NCBI RefSeq assembly: GCF_018350175.1
Contig: NC_058368.1
Location: forward strand, 160,458,001-160,522,000
Direction: 5' to 3'
DNA from: Felis catus
Taxonomy: Eukaryota
DNA: 64,000 nt
Part shown: positions 39,626 to 51,804 of the stretch, one piece after another
How the letters are laid out: the number at the start of each line of letters is the position of its first letter
Position numbering within the stretch: the stretch's first letter is position 1
Position numbers and translations under genes: made by a program
The notes under the pieces: generated by a model
What the model saw: only the letters and a program-made list of their open reading frames with translations
The model's database searches: none
What the model was told of the DNA's origin: nothing

Positions 39626-39775
39626 GGGGCACTTGGGTGGCTCAGGCAGTTAAGCATCTAACTCTTGTTTTCACTTCAGGTAATGATCTCACAGTGAGTT
39701 GGAACCCCGCATTGGGCTCTGTGCTGATGGCATGGAGCCTCCTTGGGATTCTCTCTCCCTCTCTCTGCCCCTCCC

Positions 39776-39811
<36 letters not shown>

Positions 39812-39836
39812 TTCTCAGAATAAACTTACAAAAAAA
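39626..39836 (+). mobile_element. CAN-SINE
   Basis: Full body; TSD attcatcta on both sides. Confidence 0.94.
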
Positions 39837-41607
39837 ATTCATCTACATTATTCTCAGGTATATGGTTTTTTTTTTTTTTTTTTTAGCCTTTGTGGGAACT
39901 TTGATAAGGTTATTTTAAACATCTCTTTTTCTTTTCCAGTTAAAAAGAAAACATTTTGTTGTAGTTCTCATTCAGATCTTGTGTCACAATCACTATATTT
40001 CTTGAGTGCATTTTTTTATCCTTTCACTGTCAAAATTAATTTATTCTACAACCCAATCTTTCTAACAGTTTCTGTCAATTTATATATCTATAAAGGAGGA
40101 TATGTCAGAATCCATTTAGCACATTTCAGCTTCGTTTTGAGAAGCTTTGAGAAAAGGAAGAATATGTATGGTCTGGAATACAAATATAAAATCTACTTTT
40201 GAAATTTGGATACATTTTAATGAAGTTTTACCAGAAGATACAAAAAGACAAAGGAAGATAAAATTTCATTTTTAATATTCCTTGAGATTTTCCTAAGCAC
40301 ATAGAGCCTTCATACATTTCCTTAAAATATATCTTAAAAAAAATCACAACTTCTACAGAGTGCTGACTGAAATATTCAGCATACGGAACAAAGGTGATTG
40401 TATCACCAACCTCAGTTTATTTCTATTTGTGATAACTATCAACTTCCTAAGACAAGGATTTGTGAAAATATTCAAAGTTGAATATACAAAATTCATGTTG
40501 TAGTAAAAAGATCATGTACTTAGTAGAATAACAATGACAATGGTAGTAAACTTTTCTTATAAATTATGTGCTGTTAAGCTATTGATTCTTGGATATATAA
40601 AAATGTTTTGTCATATTAATGTATTTGTAATAAATGTATATGAATGAATATTTATAGAAACCTCATTCAAGTGTTCATAAAATTTGACCTACTTAAAAAT
40701 GCTACTTGTACAGATTTTTACATCCAATTTTATTCCCTAATATTCTTATCCTTTACCATTTTCTTCTTTTGAAAATGAGTGACCCAAACAAGAACAAATG
40801 TGTGTGGAAAACCTGCTTTTTATTGAGGTAAATTCTACTGTGATTTTGGCTGAAATGGATATACATTATTTTTTTTCCAGTGGAGATGTTTGTTCACATA
40901 TGTATGTCCGGGAAGCAAAAAAAAAATATTTAAAATAAACCATCATTAAAGAGGGAAAGAAAAAAGAAAACCAGTCTTCAGAAAAATCATCATTTCAACA
41001 AATGTTCTGATTTTGCTTTGTTGATGAATATTTTAATGCAGCAGATCATCTAAAAACTTTTCCAGTTGTATTAGAATCTCAAATGTTTATAAATAGTTAA
41101 GATAAAGTTTAATATTTTGTTCTAACTATTAAAAAAATCTGTCTCAATTCAAATGGGGAAAAAGTCAGCTTCTCAAATATGAGGTAGAATTAAAGAAATT
41201 AAAAAAGTCCTATTAAAGAAAAGAAATTATTAATTTCTTTAAAGAAATTAAAAGTCCTAAACTTCAGTCCTTGATAAGCATACAAACAAATAACAACTGT
41301 ATATTTGTTCTATCTCTGACAACTCAATATTTGTTTCATACATTAACATGCTCATTTAGTGTTTGGTGGTAAATCCCATAAGCAGAAAGTGTTTGTCTTC
41401 TATCCAAAATAATAATAAATACAGTTTGCAAGATTTTAAGTACCTAAGACAACAATAGACCCAGAATTGTGGGAGTAAATTCTCATGAACAAAACTGTCT
41501 TTTCAGTATTTGGCAACTTTTAGCAATATTCCTTTTAATGTTTTAATTGACATGAACCACTCATTAAATTATACTATCTTTATTTTTAATATCGATATGT
41601 ATACACA

Positions 41608-41642
41608 TGTGTGTGTGTGTGTGTGTATATATATGTGTAAAA

Positions 41643-41675
<33 letters not shown>

Positions 41676-41676
41676 G
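41608..41676. repeat. Compound (TG)n/(TA)n microsatellite
   Basis: Seen directly. Confidence 0.9.
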
Positions 41677-42419
41677 CACAAATTTCTAGTTGCAGTTACT
41701 TCTGGATAACATGTATGGATAATTTTAATAACCTTTATATACTTTCTCTCTAAACTTCAGGTCTTCCACAGTTTAAATTCAGATAAGAATCAAGTAAATG
41801 TTATAAAATAATGAATTTTGAATTTAGGGGTTTAAATAGTACTCAAATAATTTTTTAAGTCAAAAGAAAAAAGGACACATTGGTAAATACATAGTAAACA
41901 TCATAAAAAAAAGTTTTATGTGATCTGTCACTCAGCAACTATTCAACATAGCTCAAACAGGGCTCAAGATGCTACAATGCAGTATGAAGAGTTCATAGAA
42001 ATCAATAAAGAAAAGATAATGAGCCTCCAGGATGCCAGGGACTTGGTTTGCTTTTCTAACCACTCTCTGCCCTAATGCCTGACAAAGAATTGTTGTTCCA
42101 CAAGGTAACCCAAGTAACTCTTTGTTTGAAGATCAAAATACTCAGCATTGTGAAAAGAATCTGCTTATGTAGTTTTGAAGAAACATAAGTTGGTACAACC
42201 TTAATGGAGGCCATTTTGCTTTCCTAAAAAAATCTTTAAAGGTCTTCATCCACTTTGAACCATAGCTCCTGTTCTGATAGTGTATCTTTAAGAATAATTA
42301 AAAAGAATGTAAATTCTTTATACAGAAAGATTTTTATTCTAGTGCTCTTAATAATAAGGAAAGCATGGAAGAAGTCTAATTATCCACTAATATAATATCA
42401 ATTTAATGTAATATGTGGT

Positions 42420-42595
42420 GGGGGGCAATGGGTGAAAAAGGTAAAGGGCTTAAGAGTCCACTTAACACAATGAGCCCTGAGAAATGTATGGAATTTTTGA
42501 ATCCCTATATTGTACACATGAAACTACTTTAACACTATAAAGTAACTACATTGGAATTAAAATATAAGTAAAAAACTTAAAACATTCACAAAAAG
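42420..42595 (+). mobile_element. Short carnivore L1 3' end
   Basis: 'ggggcaatgggtgaaaaaggt...ctatattgtacacatgaaacta...ggaattaaaa' with A-rich tail; flanked by taatatgtggt / taatattgtggt. Confidence 0.8.
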
Positions 42596-42634
42596 CTTTA
42601 ATATTGTGGTAGAAAGAGATGTTTTAGTATTTAA

Positions 42635-42862
42635 TTAGTGCTAGTGTATATTGAAAGCTCATTATATTTAAAACACTATTCCAAACATTTATGTAACTTT
42701 CTAATTCTCATATTAACAAAACACAGCAAGTACTGTTATCATTCCTGTTTTATAGTGGATAACACCAAGAGAGAAAGATGTTAGGTAAACTGCTTGAGCT
42801 CACATCATTAGAACGTGAGAGTTGGAATTTGAACTTTGATCCCAGAAACTTTGATCGCAGAT
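42635..42862 (-). mobile_element. MIR
   Basis: 'aagtactgttatcattcctgttttatag...gttaggtaaactgc...ggaatttgaact'. Confidence 0.65.
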
Positions 42863-44569
42863 CCTGTACTCTTGTATTATTCTGTTTCTTATTGAAAAAG
42901 GTATAAAAATATGCATATAATATCACAAATATTTTATACATAAATAGACACATACACACATAAATGAAAAAATTAAGATGATAATTTTTGTGTGGTAAAA
43001 TTATGGGTGACTCTCCCCTTGTTTCTACTTTCCAGTATTGGATACACTTTTCTATAATAGATTTGTACCAGTTTTATAATGAGATCATTGAATTAAAAGT
43101 TTGATTCTCTTAATTGAGGATGAGTTACACAAATCAGGTCTCTGGGATGCAGAATAGGGCTTGGGATGAGTTAGCTCTCAAAAAATAGTTGAAAACTAAT
43201 TGACTAAAAGAATGAATCAAATGGCTAAGTCATTCAAATCGGGTTAAGGTTGTTTCCTCTTTGTGTAAAATTTGAAGTTTATAGATTTCTTAGAGTTCAC
43301 ATACATGTACATATATAGGGATGACATGAATATTCATGGAATATTTTTAAACTTCCATCTCTCCAATAATACTTTCAATATGTTTTATAGAATATCAGCA
43401 ATGCAGGATGATAATTTAAAACAGGACCTATTGGCAAACAGAGTTTAGAAATGTTATGTATTACCTCTCCTTCTTACAGATTTAAAATGCTCATTATTAT
43501 GTTAGTATTTTAAAGAAAAATCTTAAAGAAAAACAAAGTTTTATTCTTTGACCAAATTTTTCTTAAGGAAACTATGGAAACTTTGCAATACTTTTTTGGT
43601 CAGTGCTGCCGTAAATAATTTTTATTCCCTTCAAGATGCTTCCCATGATATAATATCTTTTATACTTTTGGAGCATAGATTGATTATACAGGAATGACTT
43701 TCCAGATATGAGTGTCTAGGAATTCAGGAGTCTACTCTGACTGTAGTTTCATATTTGAATTTTAGTTGTATATATTATTTATCAACAGTATATAACTTAT
43801 GTCTCTGGATAATAAACCTCTCATTAAACAGCATTTGAGCATGAAATAAAGGACCTTAAGAATTTAGTCCTGTCTGGAAAGATAGAGCTTTCTAAATAGT
43901 CATTCAAAATAAACTCACTGATTTTTCACATATATATGGCAGTGCTCACATTAGGTCATCTTTTTTTGACTGCAGATTTTCTAGAAATATCCATTCAGTG
44001 ATTTTGTTTGTGCTTCAATAGTATTGTTATAAAAACATATGTATATTCATTAATAACAACAACAACAACAACAAAAACACCAAATAGCTCAGAAAGTGTA
44101 TCTCTATGTATATAAATCAATATAGATACTGGTGTGCTATTTTACATAAACGGATTTTTATTCTGTGTATTATTTTAAAACCTATCTGCTTATCAATTTC
44201 CACTCATTTTCCCCTCTCCTTTGGCCCTTTGATCTATTCACAGTGCCTTTCTAATGGTACCTTGTATGTCAATATTATGGGAATTCCTTTATCTGGGATA
44301 TTTCCCCCTTAATTTTTCTTGAAGTTAACATAAGTGACACCTTTAGATATCAGCTAAATTGTCAGGTTTTTTTTTTTTTTTCAGAGAAACCATTCTATCA
44401 TCCCTTTCTAGATAAATTTCTAATACCTTCTAGTCTTAAAAGACTGGGTACCTCTCCTTCATAGCAGCTGTAACAGATAAAATACTATTTGTTTTTCTCA
44501 GATAAATTGTCTTTCCTCAGAAGATTAAGCTTTCCATAAGGGCATGGTTCAAAACCTTTTTCTCCCCAT

Positions 44570-45042
44570 TGGTGGTAATATTTGTTAGTACTCACCCCTG
44601 TTCCCATGCTTTTGTGTTAACTATTGCAAAGAATTGGAAACCTGAAAATTACATTTTAAGCCTCTTTTGCAGTTGGATTTTACATAGGTTCTGCCAATAG
44701 TTGTCTCTGGACAGAGGTAAGACACCTGGTGAGAGGGATAGCCATTCTGCCTCTGGCTCCAGCATCAGAATCACCTATAAGTGGCTTTGTGACCCAGGCA
44801 GCAGCATCCGTAGTTTCAGTAATGGGAGCATAGAAGCTACTGCTTAGTACATACATCTAGAAGCATCAAAGTGAACTTGGGGATTTGGTCTGGGTAGTGG
44901 GAAGTCCTGATTTCTGGGCAACACCATCATATTCCTTGAGTTCTTTCAGCCCATCTATCACCTTTATAATAAATTGTTACTTTGGACCCCTCACTGCTTT
45001 ACACAGATTTGTTTCTGATTTCCTAACTGGATCCTGACCAAA
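44570..45042 (+). mobile_element. ERVL solo LTR (LTR33-like)
   Basis: 'ggaaacctgaaaattacattt...cttttgcagttgga...aggttctgccaatag' and terminus 'tttctgatttcctaactggatcctgacc'. Confidence 0.65.
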
Positions 45043-45889
45043 AAACCTAGTTCATGTCATGTATTTTCAGTGAATGCATGCACCTGCTTTTTCACTCAAT
45101 AATATGCCATAGACATATTTTATGTAAATAAATGCAGATATACATCAACATTGATTTATACATCTATTTAAATTACTCCTTCTAGCTAAGCTATAAAATA
45201 GAAATAAGATTTATTAAAATCATCTCTATCTGAGTTGAGGCTACATTTAATTTTTAACATTCTATTATTGTGTCAGGCCTCAGCCTCAAATAATGGGGAA
45301 CTGTAATTAGGACTTTGGAATTACATGAATTTTTAGAGAATGCATGTGGTTATATTTAAATTCAATTTTCACTAATAATTTAGACATAGGAAAATTAGTT
45401 AAGTTATTCATATTGATGAAAAAGTATCTTTCAAAGAGTATTTTAACATATTCTATTAGATGAATAGATTATTAGAAAATAAACTGATCATGAATACTAG
45501 CTGTATTTGGTATTCTATTTGAATTAAATTCTCTTGATTTATGATAATAGGGTAAAACAATTCCTCCAGAGTTCTAAGTAGTCCTAAAGGCACACCTAAA
45601 GCCTCAAGAAAGTAGGAGAAAAGTTTCAGGCTTGAAGAACAATCATATAAGTGAGTAGATTCTAGTTCACCCTAACTTGAAATAACTGAAAGCAGAATAA
45701 TATAGCCTTTTAAAGGAGAAAAAATATATTAAAAATATTACTATCCCTTTAAATTGGAAAATGGTTCTGATTTAACGAAACAATGAAACAGTCTCTTTGT
45801 ATTAAAAAGTCATTCATTGTATTATAAACATGTCACAACATGTATAGAACAGAAAACAAGAATGACAGGCATTTGAACCAAAGAACTGA

Positions 45890-47175
45890 TTTAATTTTTG
45901 TTTCTTTCCTATATTGAGATAATATTGACATGCAACATTGTATTAATTTCAAGTATACAATGTAATGATTCAACACTTGTTTATACTGTGAAATGATCAC
46001 CACAAGTTGTCTAGTGACCGTGGTCACCATAAAAAATTTAAGAAAAGATTTTTTTTTCTCGTGATGAGAACTGTGAAGCTCAACTCTCCCGGCAACCTTC
46101 AAATATGCTCTATAATACCACTGAGTACAGTCCTTTTGTGCTGTACAACATCCCCATGACTTTCATGTTTCACAACGGAAGTCTGTACTTCCAACCCCCC
46201 TCACCAGTTTTGGCCAGACCCCAACTTCACTTCTCCCAGCAACTACCACTCTTTTCTCTGTATCTATCAGTTTTGTTTTGTTGTTCATGTGTTTTGTTGT
46301 TTTAGATTCCATATATCATTGAAATCATATGGCATTTTTCTTTCCCTATTTGACTTAGCATAATATTCTCAACATAGCCCATCCATTTTGTAAATGGCAA
46401 GCTTCCACTCTTTATTATGGCTGATAATTTTCCATTGTGGACATATATATACACCATGACTTCTTTATCCATTCACCCATTCACACTCTGCTTTCCATAT
46501 CTTGACTATTGCAAATACTGTTGAACATAGGGGTGCAGATAGTTTTCTAGATTGGTCTTTTTGTTTTCTTTGGATAGATCAACAGAGGTTGGATTGTTGG
46601 ATCATACAGTAATTAAATTCTTTAATTTTTGGAGGAACCTCCGTACTATTTTCCATAGTGGCGACCCCGATTTATATTCCCCCCAACAGTACATGAGGGT
46701 TTCCTAGTCTTTATTTTTACCAACACTTATTATTTGTCTTTTTCTTTTTTTTTTTTTTTTAATTTTTTTTTCAACGTTTATTTATTTTTGGGACAGAGAG
46801 AGACAGAGCATGAACGGGGGAGGGGCAGAGAGAGAGGGAGACACAGAATCGGAAACAGGCTCCAGGCTCTGAGCCATCAGCCCAGAGCCTGACGCGGGGC
46901 TCGAACTCACGGACCGTGAGATCGTGACCTGGCTGAAGTCCGACGCTTAACCGACTGCGCCACCCAGGCGCCCCTTATTATTTGTCTTTTTGATCATAGT
47001 CATTCAAACAGGTGTGAGGTCATAGCTCATAGTGGCTTTGATTTGCATTTCCCAAATGATTAATGATGTTGAGCATCTTTTCATGTACTTGTGTGGGTTA
47101 TCTGTATGTATGTCTTTGGAAAAATGCATTTTCATGTCTTCTGCCCATTTTTTAATTGGATTGTCTTTTTGCTTG
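45890..47175 (-). mobile_element. Older L1 3' end (L1MA9/L1_Carn-like), interrupted by a SINE
   Basis: L1 3'UTR plus ORF2 C-terminal traces ([24 protein letters not shown] in ORF 47004-47249). Confidence 0.9.
46741..46974 (-). mobile_element. Young CAN-SINE (SINEC_Fc) inserted into L1
   Basis: CpG-rich body; perfect TSD ttattatttgtctttt on both sides. Confidence 0.97.
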
Positions 47176-47440
47176 GAACTCATCTTTGAGAGAATGTTAG
47201 AGGTCTTTTTCCTTGAAAATGGTAAAGTAGGGATATTTATTTGAAGCAAAATAAATGAGTATTGTGTTTCTTCTGTTAAGAGACATAAAATTTTGTCTCT
47301 TCTGAAGAATTTTTCAATTAAACAATGATTTTGAAAGAGGTAAAGTTTAACAATCTATAAAGAAAAGTTATAAAAGAAGCCCATCTAATGTGATTTGTTC
47401 TTTTTCTGTTAAAACACATAATTTTCACTGATAAGAATTC

Positions 47441-47968
47441 CTTTTTTTTTTTTAATTCCAGTTAGTTAACATACAGTGTGATATTGGTTTCAGGTGTATA
47501 ATACAGTGATTCAACACTTGATACATCTCCTGGTCTCATTACAGTAAGTGCACTCTTTAATCTCTATCACCTATTTTACCCATTTCCCCACCCACCTCCT
47601 TTCTGGTAACCATCAGTTCTCTATGGTTAAGAATTTCTTTCATGGGGTGCCTGGGTGGTTCAGTCAGTTGAGGGTCTGACTCTTGATTTTGGCTCAGGTC
47701 ATGATTCCAAGGTTGTGAGATCGAGGCCCATGTTAGGCTCTGTGCTGAGCATGGAGTCTGCTTAGTATTCATTCTTCCTCTCTCTCTCTCTCGCTCTCAC
47801 TCTCGCTCTATCTCTTTCTACCCCTTTCTCCCATTCATGAGCTCTCTCTCTCTAAAATAAAAAATAAACATTCTATTCCTTGATTTGCCTCCTTTTTTTA
47901 GTTTCCCTTTGCTCATTTGTTTCACATATGAGTGAAATCATTTGCTCTTTGTTTTCTCTAACTGACAT
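47441..47968 (-). mobile_element. Carnivore L1 3'UTR fragment interrupted by a SINE
   Basis: Poly(T) plus 'cagttagttaacatacagtg', resuming after the SINE with 'cacatatgagtgaaatca'; flanks ataagaattc / ataagagttt. Confidence 0.85.
47644..47870 (+). mobile_element. Older CAN-SINE
   Basis: Head ggggtgcctgggtggttcag, (CT)n and A-tail. Confidence 0.93.
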
Positions 47969-49405
47969 GAAAAATAAGAGTTTCTTTTAGGTCTACAGAT
48001 AGTTCATTTTACCAGTTAGTCACGTAGCAGCAAGTAATTAACAATTGTTAAAAAATTTTTCTGCAGCAGCACTCTCTGCCCATCTAAGTGCTACATCTAA
48101 TCACCACAGACTTCTAATTTCAGAAGAAGTTTATGATTTCCTTGTTGAAATATTGCCAAGGGCAATATAGGCAGAGAAAGTAGAAAACAAAGGAAGGCTG
48201 GAACCATATAACTCTCTAAACCTTAATTCAAAGAGCCCCTTCTGTCTAATTACTTGGGAAATACTGTATAGATCCAATTTCCTGTTAACATTCTTTAAGC
48301 AGGGAACACAGAAGTCTGCAATGTCTCTGGGCATGATAATCATTATTAACTTCTGCTTTACTAAGCCCCTTCACCTATATCATCATTTGGGGACTAGTGA
48401 AAGTGATTCTTTCTGATTGTCAAATTATTCATACATATCCCCCATGTTTCCTGTTTTTCTATACGTCAATGAGGAAAATGGTGAGTCATTAGGCATGTAT
48501 ATTAAGATACATACTGACCCTCCCATCTGCTCTAACATGGTAAATACTGATGGTGTTCTTCCCACATTGATAAGTAGAATTGAACAACAATAATTTAACC
48601 TGCAGTTCCTTTCACAATATCATTTGTCATTTGTCATTTTCATAGCCAAGGTAACTGCAGTTTTCAAGGAAGTCCATTTGTCCTTTGTTGTCATTAACTC
48701 ATTGGGCTTGTTTGAATTTCATTCTAATAAGGACATTCAGTTCTTATGCTGGAGAAGTATTGGACTCATGCTTAAAATAACATTATTTGAGGCATGATTG
48801 TATTAAATACTGAGCTAGACAATGAGAGATATAAAATGTATAACAGATTATCCCTCACTGATACAAAATTACAATTCAGTTAATAGAACACTTTATACAT
48901 TCCCATTACGACTGACATATGTGGAAGGAGTTGGTATTTTAAGCCTCTAAGAATAAAAGAATAATATTTTTAAATCACCTGTATTTTAGACTATTACTTA
49001 TTTTTTATATGTATAAAAATGATAGTATCACAAAAGAGGCAGGGGCCTGAGAGAGTCATCAGAATGAACAAGAAAGCAAAAACAGGGATATAACCCAGAT
49101 CACGATGGAAATCTTACTTTATATCTTACTATGTATTTAAATTCATAGGCAAATGCTTTTAAGTTTAACAGCCTTCAAAAATTTGATTTTTAGTGCCTGT
49201 GTAGCATTTTACTGTGTGGATACAACATAAAGTGTTTAACTATTCATCTACTGTTAAATCCACCCCTGCATTTTATCACATAGCTAATGTTGTAGTATAT
49301 TCAAATATTTTCAGTTATTTTAATGGGAACAATTTTTTTTAAAAAAGTGAAATAATTCAAGGCCATAATACATGCTGGTTTTTTTTTTTTTCAATTGTGG
49401 CCATC

Positions 49406-49629
49406 TTTTTTTTTTTTTTAATGTTTATTTATTTTTTAGAGAGACAGAGACAGAATGCGAACGGGTTAGGGGCAGAGAGAGAGGGAGACACGGAATCTGA
49501 AGCAGGCTCCAGGCTCCAGGCTCCAAGCTGTCAGCACAGAGCCCAACGCAGGGCTGGAACTCACAAGCCATGAGATGGTGACCTGAGCTGAAGTCAGATG
49601 TTTAACTGACTGAACAACCCAGGAGCCCC
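49406..49629 (-). mobile_element. CAN-SINE, downstream unit of a dimer
   Basis: Full body with the 'agaatgcgaacgggttagggg' variant. Confidence 0.95.
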
Positions 49630-49638
49630 TTTATAAGA

Positions 49639-49851
49639 TTTTTTTTTTAATGTTTGTTTATTTTTTAGAGAGACAGAGACAGAATGAGAATGGGTTAGGG
49701 GCAGAGAGAGAGGGAGACACAGAGTCCGAAGCAGGCTCCAGGCTCTGAGCTGTCAGCACAGAGCCCGACACAGGGCTCAAACTCACAAGCTGTGAGATCA
49801 TGACCTGAGCCAAAGTCGGAGGCTCAACCGACTGAGCCACCCAGGCACCCC
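49639..49851 (-). mobile_element. CAN-SINE, upstream unit of a dimer
   Basis: Full body with the matching 'agaatgagaatgggttagggg' variant. Confidence 0.95.
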
Positions 49852-50649
49852 CATGCTGTTTTTAATTTCTTAAATCCTCTCCCTTCTCCATATACCACCC
49901 TCTTTACTTAGTTAACTCTTACTGACTTAACTCTTGCCTATTGTCTAACATCTGTGCGACCAAGAGTATTGGTATACCACTGGGAGTCACATATAGTATG
50001 TCTAAATATTTATAAGGTATAAAACGTGTTTGTTTACCTATACAAACATACCTTCATAAATACAAACTTTTATAAAGTATTATTTTTATATTACTGAATG
50101 ATGGAAAAATATCAAGATCAAAGATGACTCAGTCTAATTAATATTGCCCATGTCTGGTATTCTTTGATATGTTGAAGATAGTTGAATGAAACATATCATT
50201 TACAAATTACTGAATTATCAAAATTTATTTCCTTCATTTCAAAGTCACTAGTCATGAATATTTTTCACACAATTTGTATTCCAAACTGAGTAACTTCTCT
50301 GGAATCTTTATAGTTCATAGTAGTGTTATGTGAATTAAAATTTGAAGATAATCATCTTTGCCAAGGTAGTAACAAATGGAATTATAAATAAATTTTTAAA
50401 GCAATACCTAAACTGGGAAAAAACCATACATTTTTATATATCATGTTGAAATATATAATGGGTTACCATATAATAAATTATCATTAGAAAATAGCCTGAC
50501 ATATTTTAACATCATATAAATCATTATTTTTATAATAGTATCTGTAATCTTTTACAGCAAATATGTAGAGCCATACAAGGTTTCTTCTTTCCAGTATTTT
50601 CATGCTGGAATGTTTATAAAAACAAAAACTTAAAAATAAAGCATGTTTT

Positions 50650-50861
50650 GGGGTGCCTGGTTGGCTCAGTTGGTTGAATGTCCAGCTTCGGCTCAGGTCA
50701 TGATCTCACGGTTTGTGAGTTCGAGCCCCCCATCTGGCTCTGTGCTGACAGCTCAGAGCCTGGAGCCTGCTTCGGATTCTGTCTCCTTCTCTCTCTGCCC
50801 CTCTCCACTTGTGCTGTCTCTCTGTCTCTCAAAAAAAAAATGTAAAAAAAAAAAATTAAAA
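50650..50861 (+). mobile_element. CAN-SINE
   Basis: Full body; 16-bp TSD aaaataaagcatgttt at 50633-50648 and 50862-50877. Confidence 0.96.
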
Positions 50862-51084
50862 AAAATAAAGCATGTTTCCCAATTTGCTCATCCTTCTGTT
50901 TAGTCATATTTATATATTGGTCCACAGAGACTAGAAAATAGACTTTGTATCAAGTAATTCATAATATTTGTATGTATACATTTTCTTCAAGGAAACATTT
51001 CTGTATTGTATTTTATTAGACTACCACCTTTATGCAAATTTCACATGCAATTTCCTTTAATAGAAAAAAAATAAAAATTAAAAA

Positions 51085-51274
51085 TAATTAATGTTTATTT
51101 TTTAGAGACAGTGGGGGGTGGGGGTGGCCAGAGAGAGAGACACACACACAGAATCCAAAGCAGATTCTGAGCTGTGAGCACAGAAGCCGACGTGGGGCTC
51201 AAAGTCACGAACGGTGAGATCATGACCTGAGCTGAAGTTGGCCGCTTAACCGACTGAGCCACCCAGGTGCCCCC
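51085..51274 (-). mobile_element. CAN-SINE
   Basis: SINE body ending 'gagccacccaggtgccccc'. Confidence 0.94.
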
Positions 51275-51335
51275 AAAATATAAAATTTTTTTAAAAGTAT
51301 TTAAAAAGGTGAAACAGCCAAACTTAATTTGTTTA

Positions 51336-51804
51336 GTCATTTTTTTAGAGAGCATGAGCAGGAGAGGGGAGGAGCAGAGAAAAAGAGAATCTTTTTTTTT
51401 TTTTCTCTCAAGTTAGTTAACATACAGTGTATTCTTGTCTCCAGGAGTAGAACCCAGTGATTCATCTCTTACATATGATACCCAGTGCTTATTCCCCAAG
51501 AATGCCTTTCTTATGCCCATCACCCATTTAACCCACCACCCCTGCCACATCAACCCTAGGTTTGTTCTCTGTCTGTAAGAGTCTCTTATGGTTTGCTTCC
51601 CTCTCTGTTTTTATCTTATTTTTCCTTCCCTTCCCTTATGTTCATTTGTTAAGTTTCTCTAATTCCAGGCATGAGTGAAAGTAGAGAGAGAATCTTAAGC
51701 AGGCTCTATGCTCAGCATGGAACTCATTCCCACAACCTTGAGATTATGACCTGAGCTGAAATCAAGAGTTGAATTTTTAACCAATGGAGCCATGCAGGCA
51801 CCCC
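51336..51804 (-). mobile_element. Older CAN-SINE interrupted by an L1 3' fragment
   Basis: Halves at 51336-51391 and about 51683-51804; TSD taatttgttta at 51325-51335 and 51805-51815. Confidence 0.85.
51392..51682 (-). mobile_element. Carnivore L1 3'UTR fragment nested in a SINE
   Basis: Poly(T) plus L1 3'UTR; TSD agagaatctt at 51384-51393 and 51687-51696. Confidence 0.9.

Noticed and set aside
39699..40202. 167-aa ORF as a gene
   Set aside because: It starts in a SINE and is kept open by (CT)n and T-rich low-complexity sequence.
48471..48488. Canonical NFAT:AP-1 composite element
   Set aside because: The spacing between GGAAAA and TGAGTCA is one base longer than the classical composite; kept only as a loose motif cluster.
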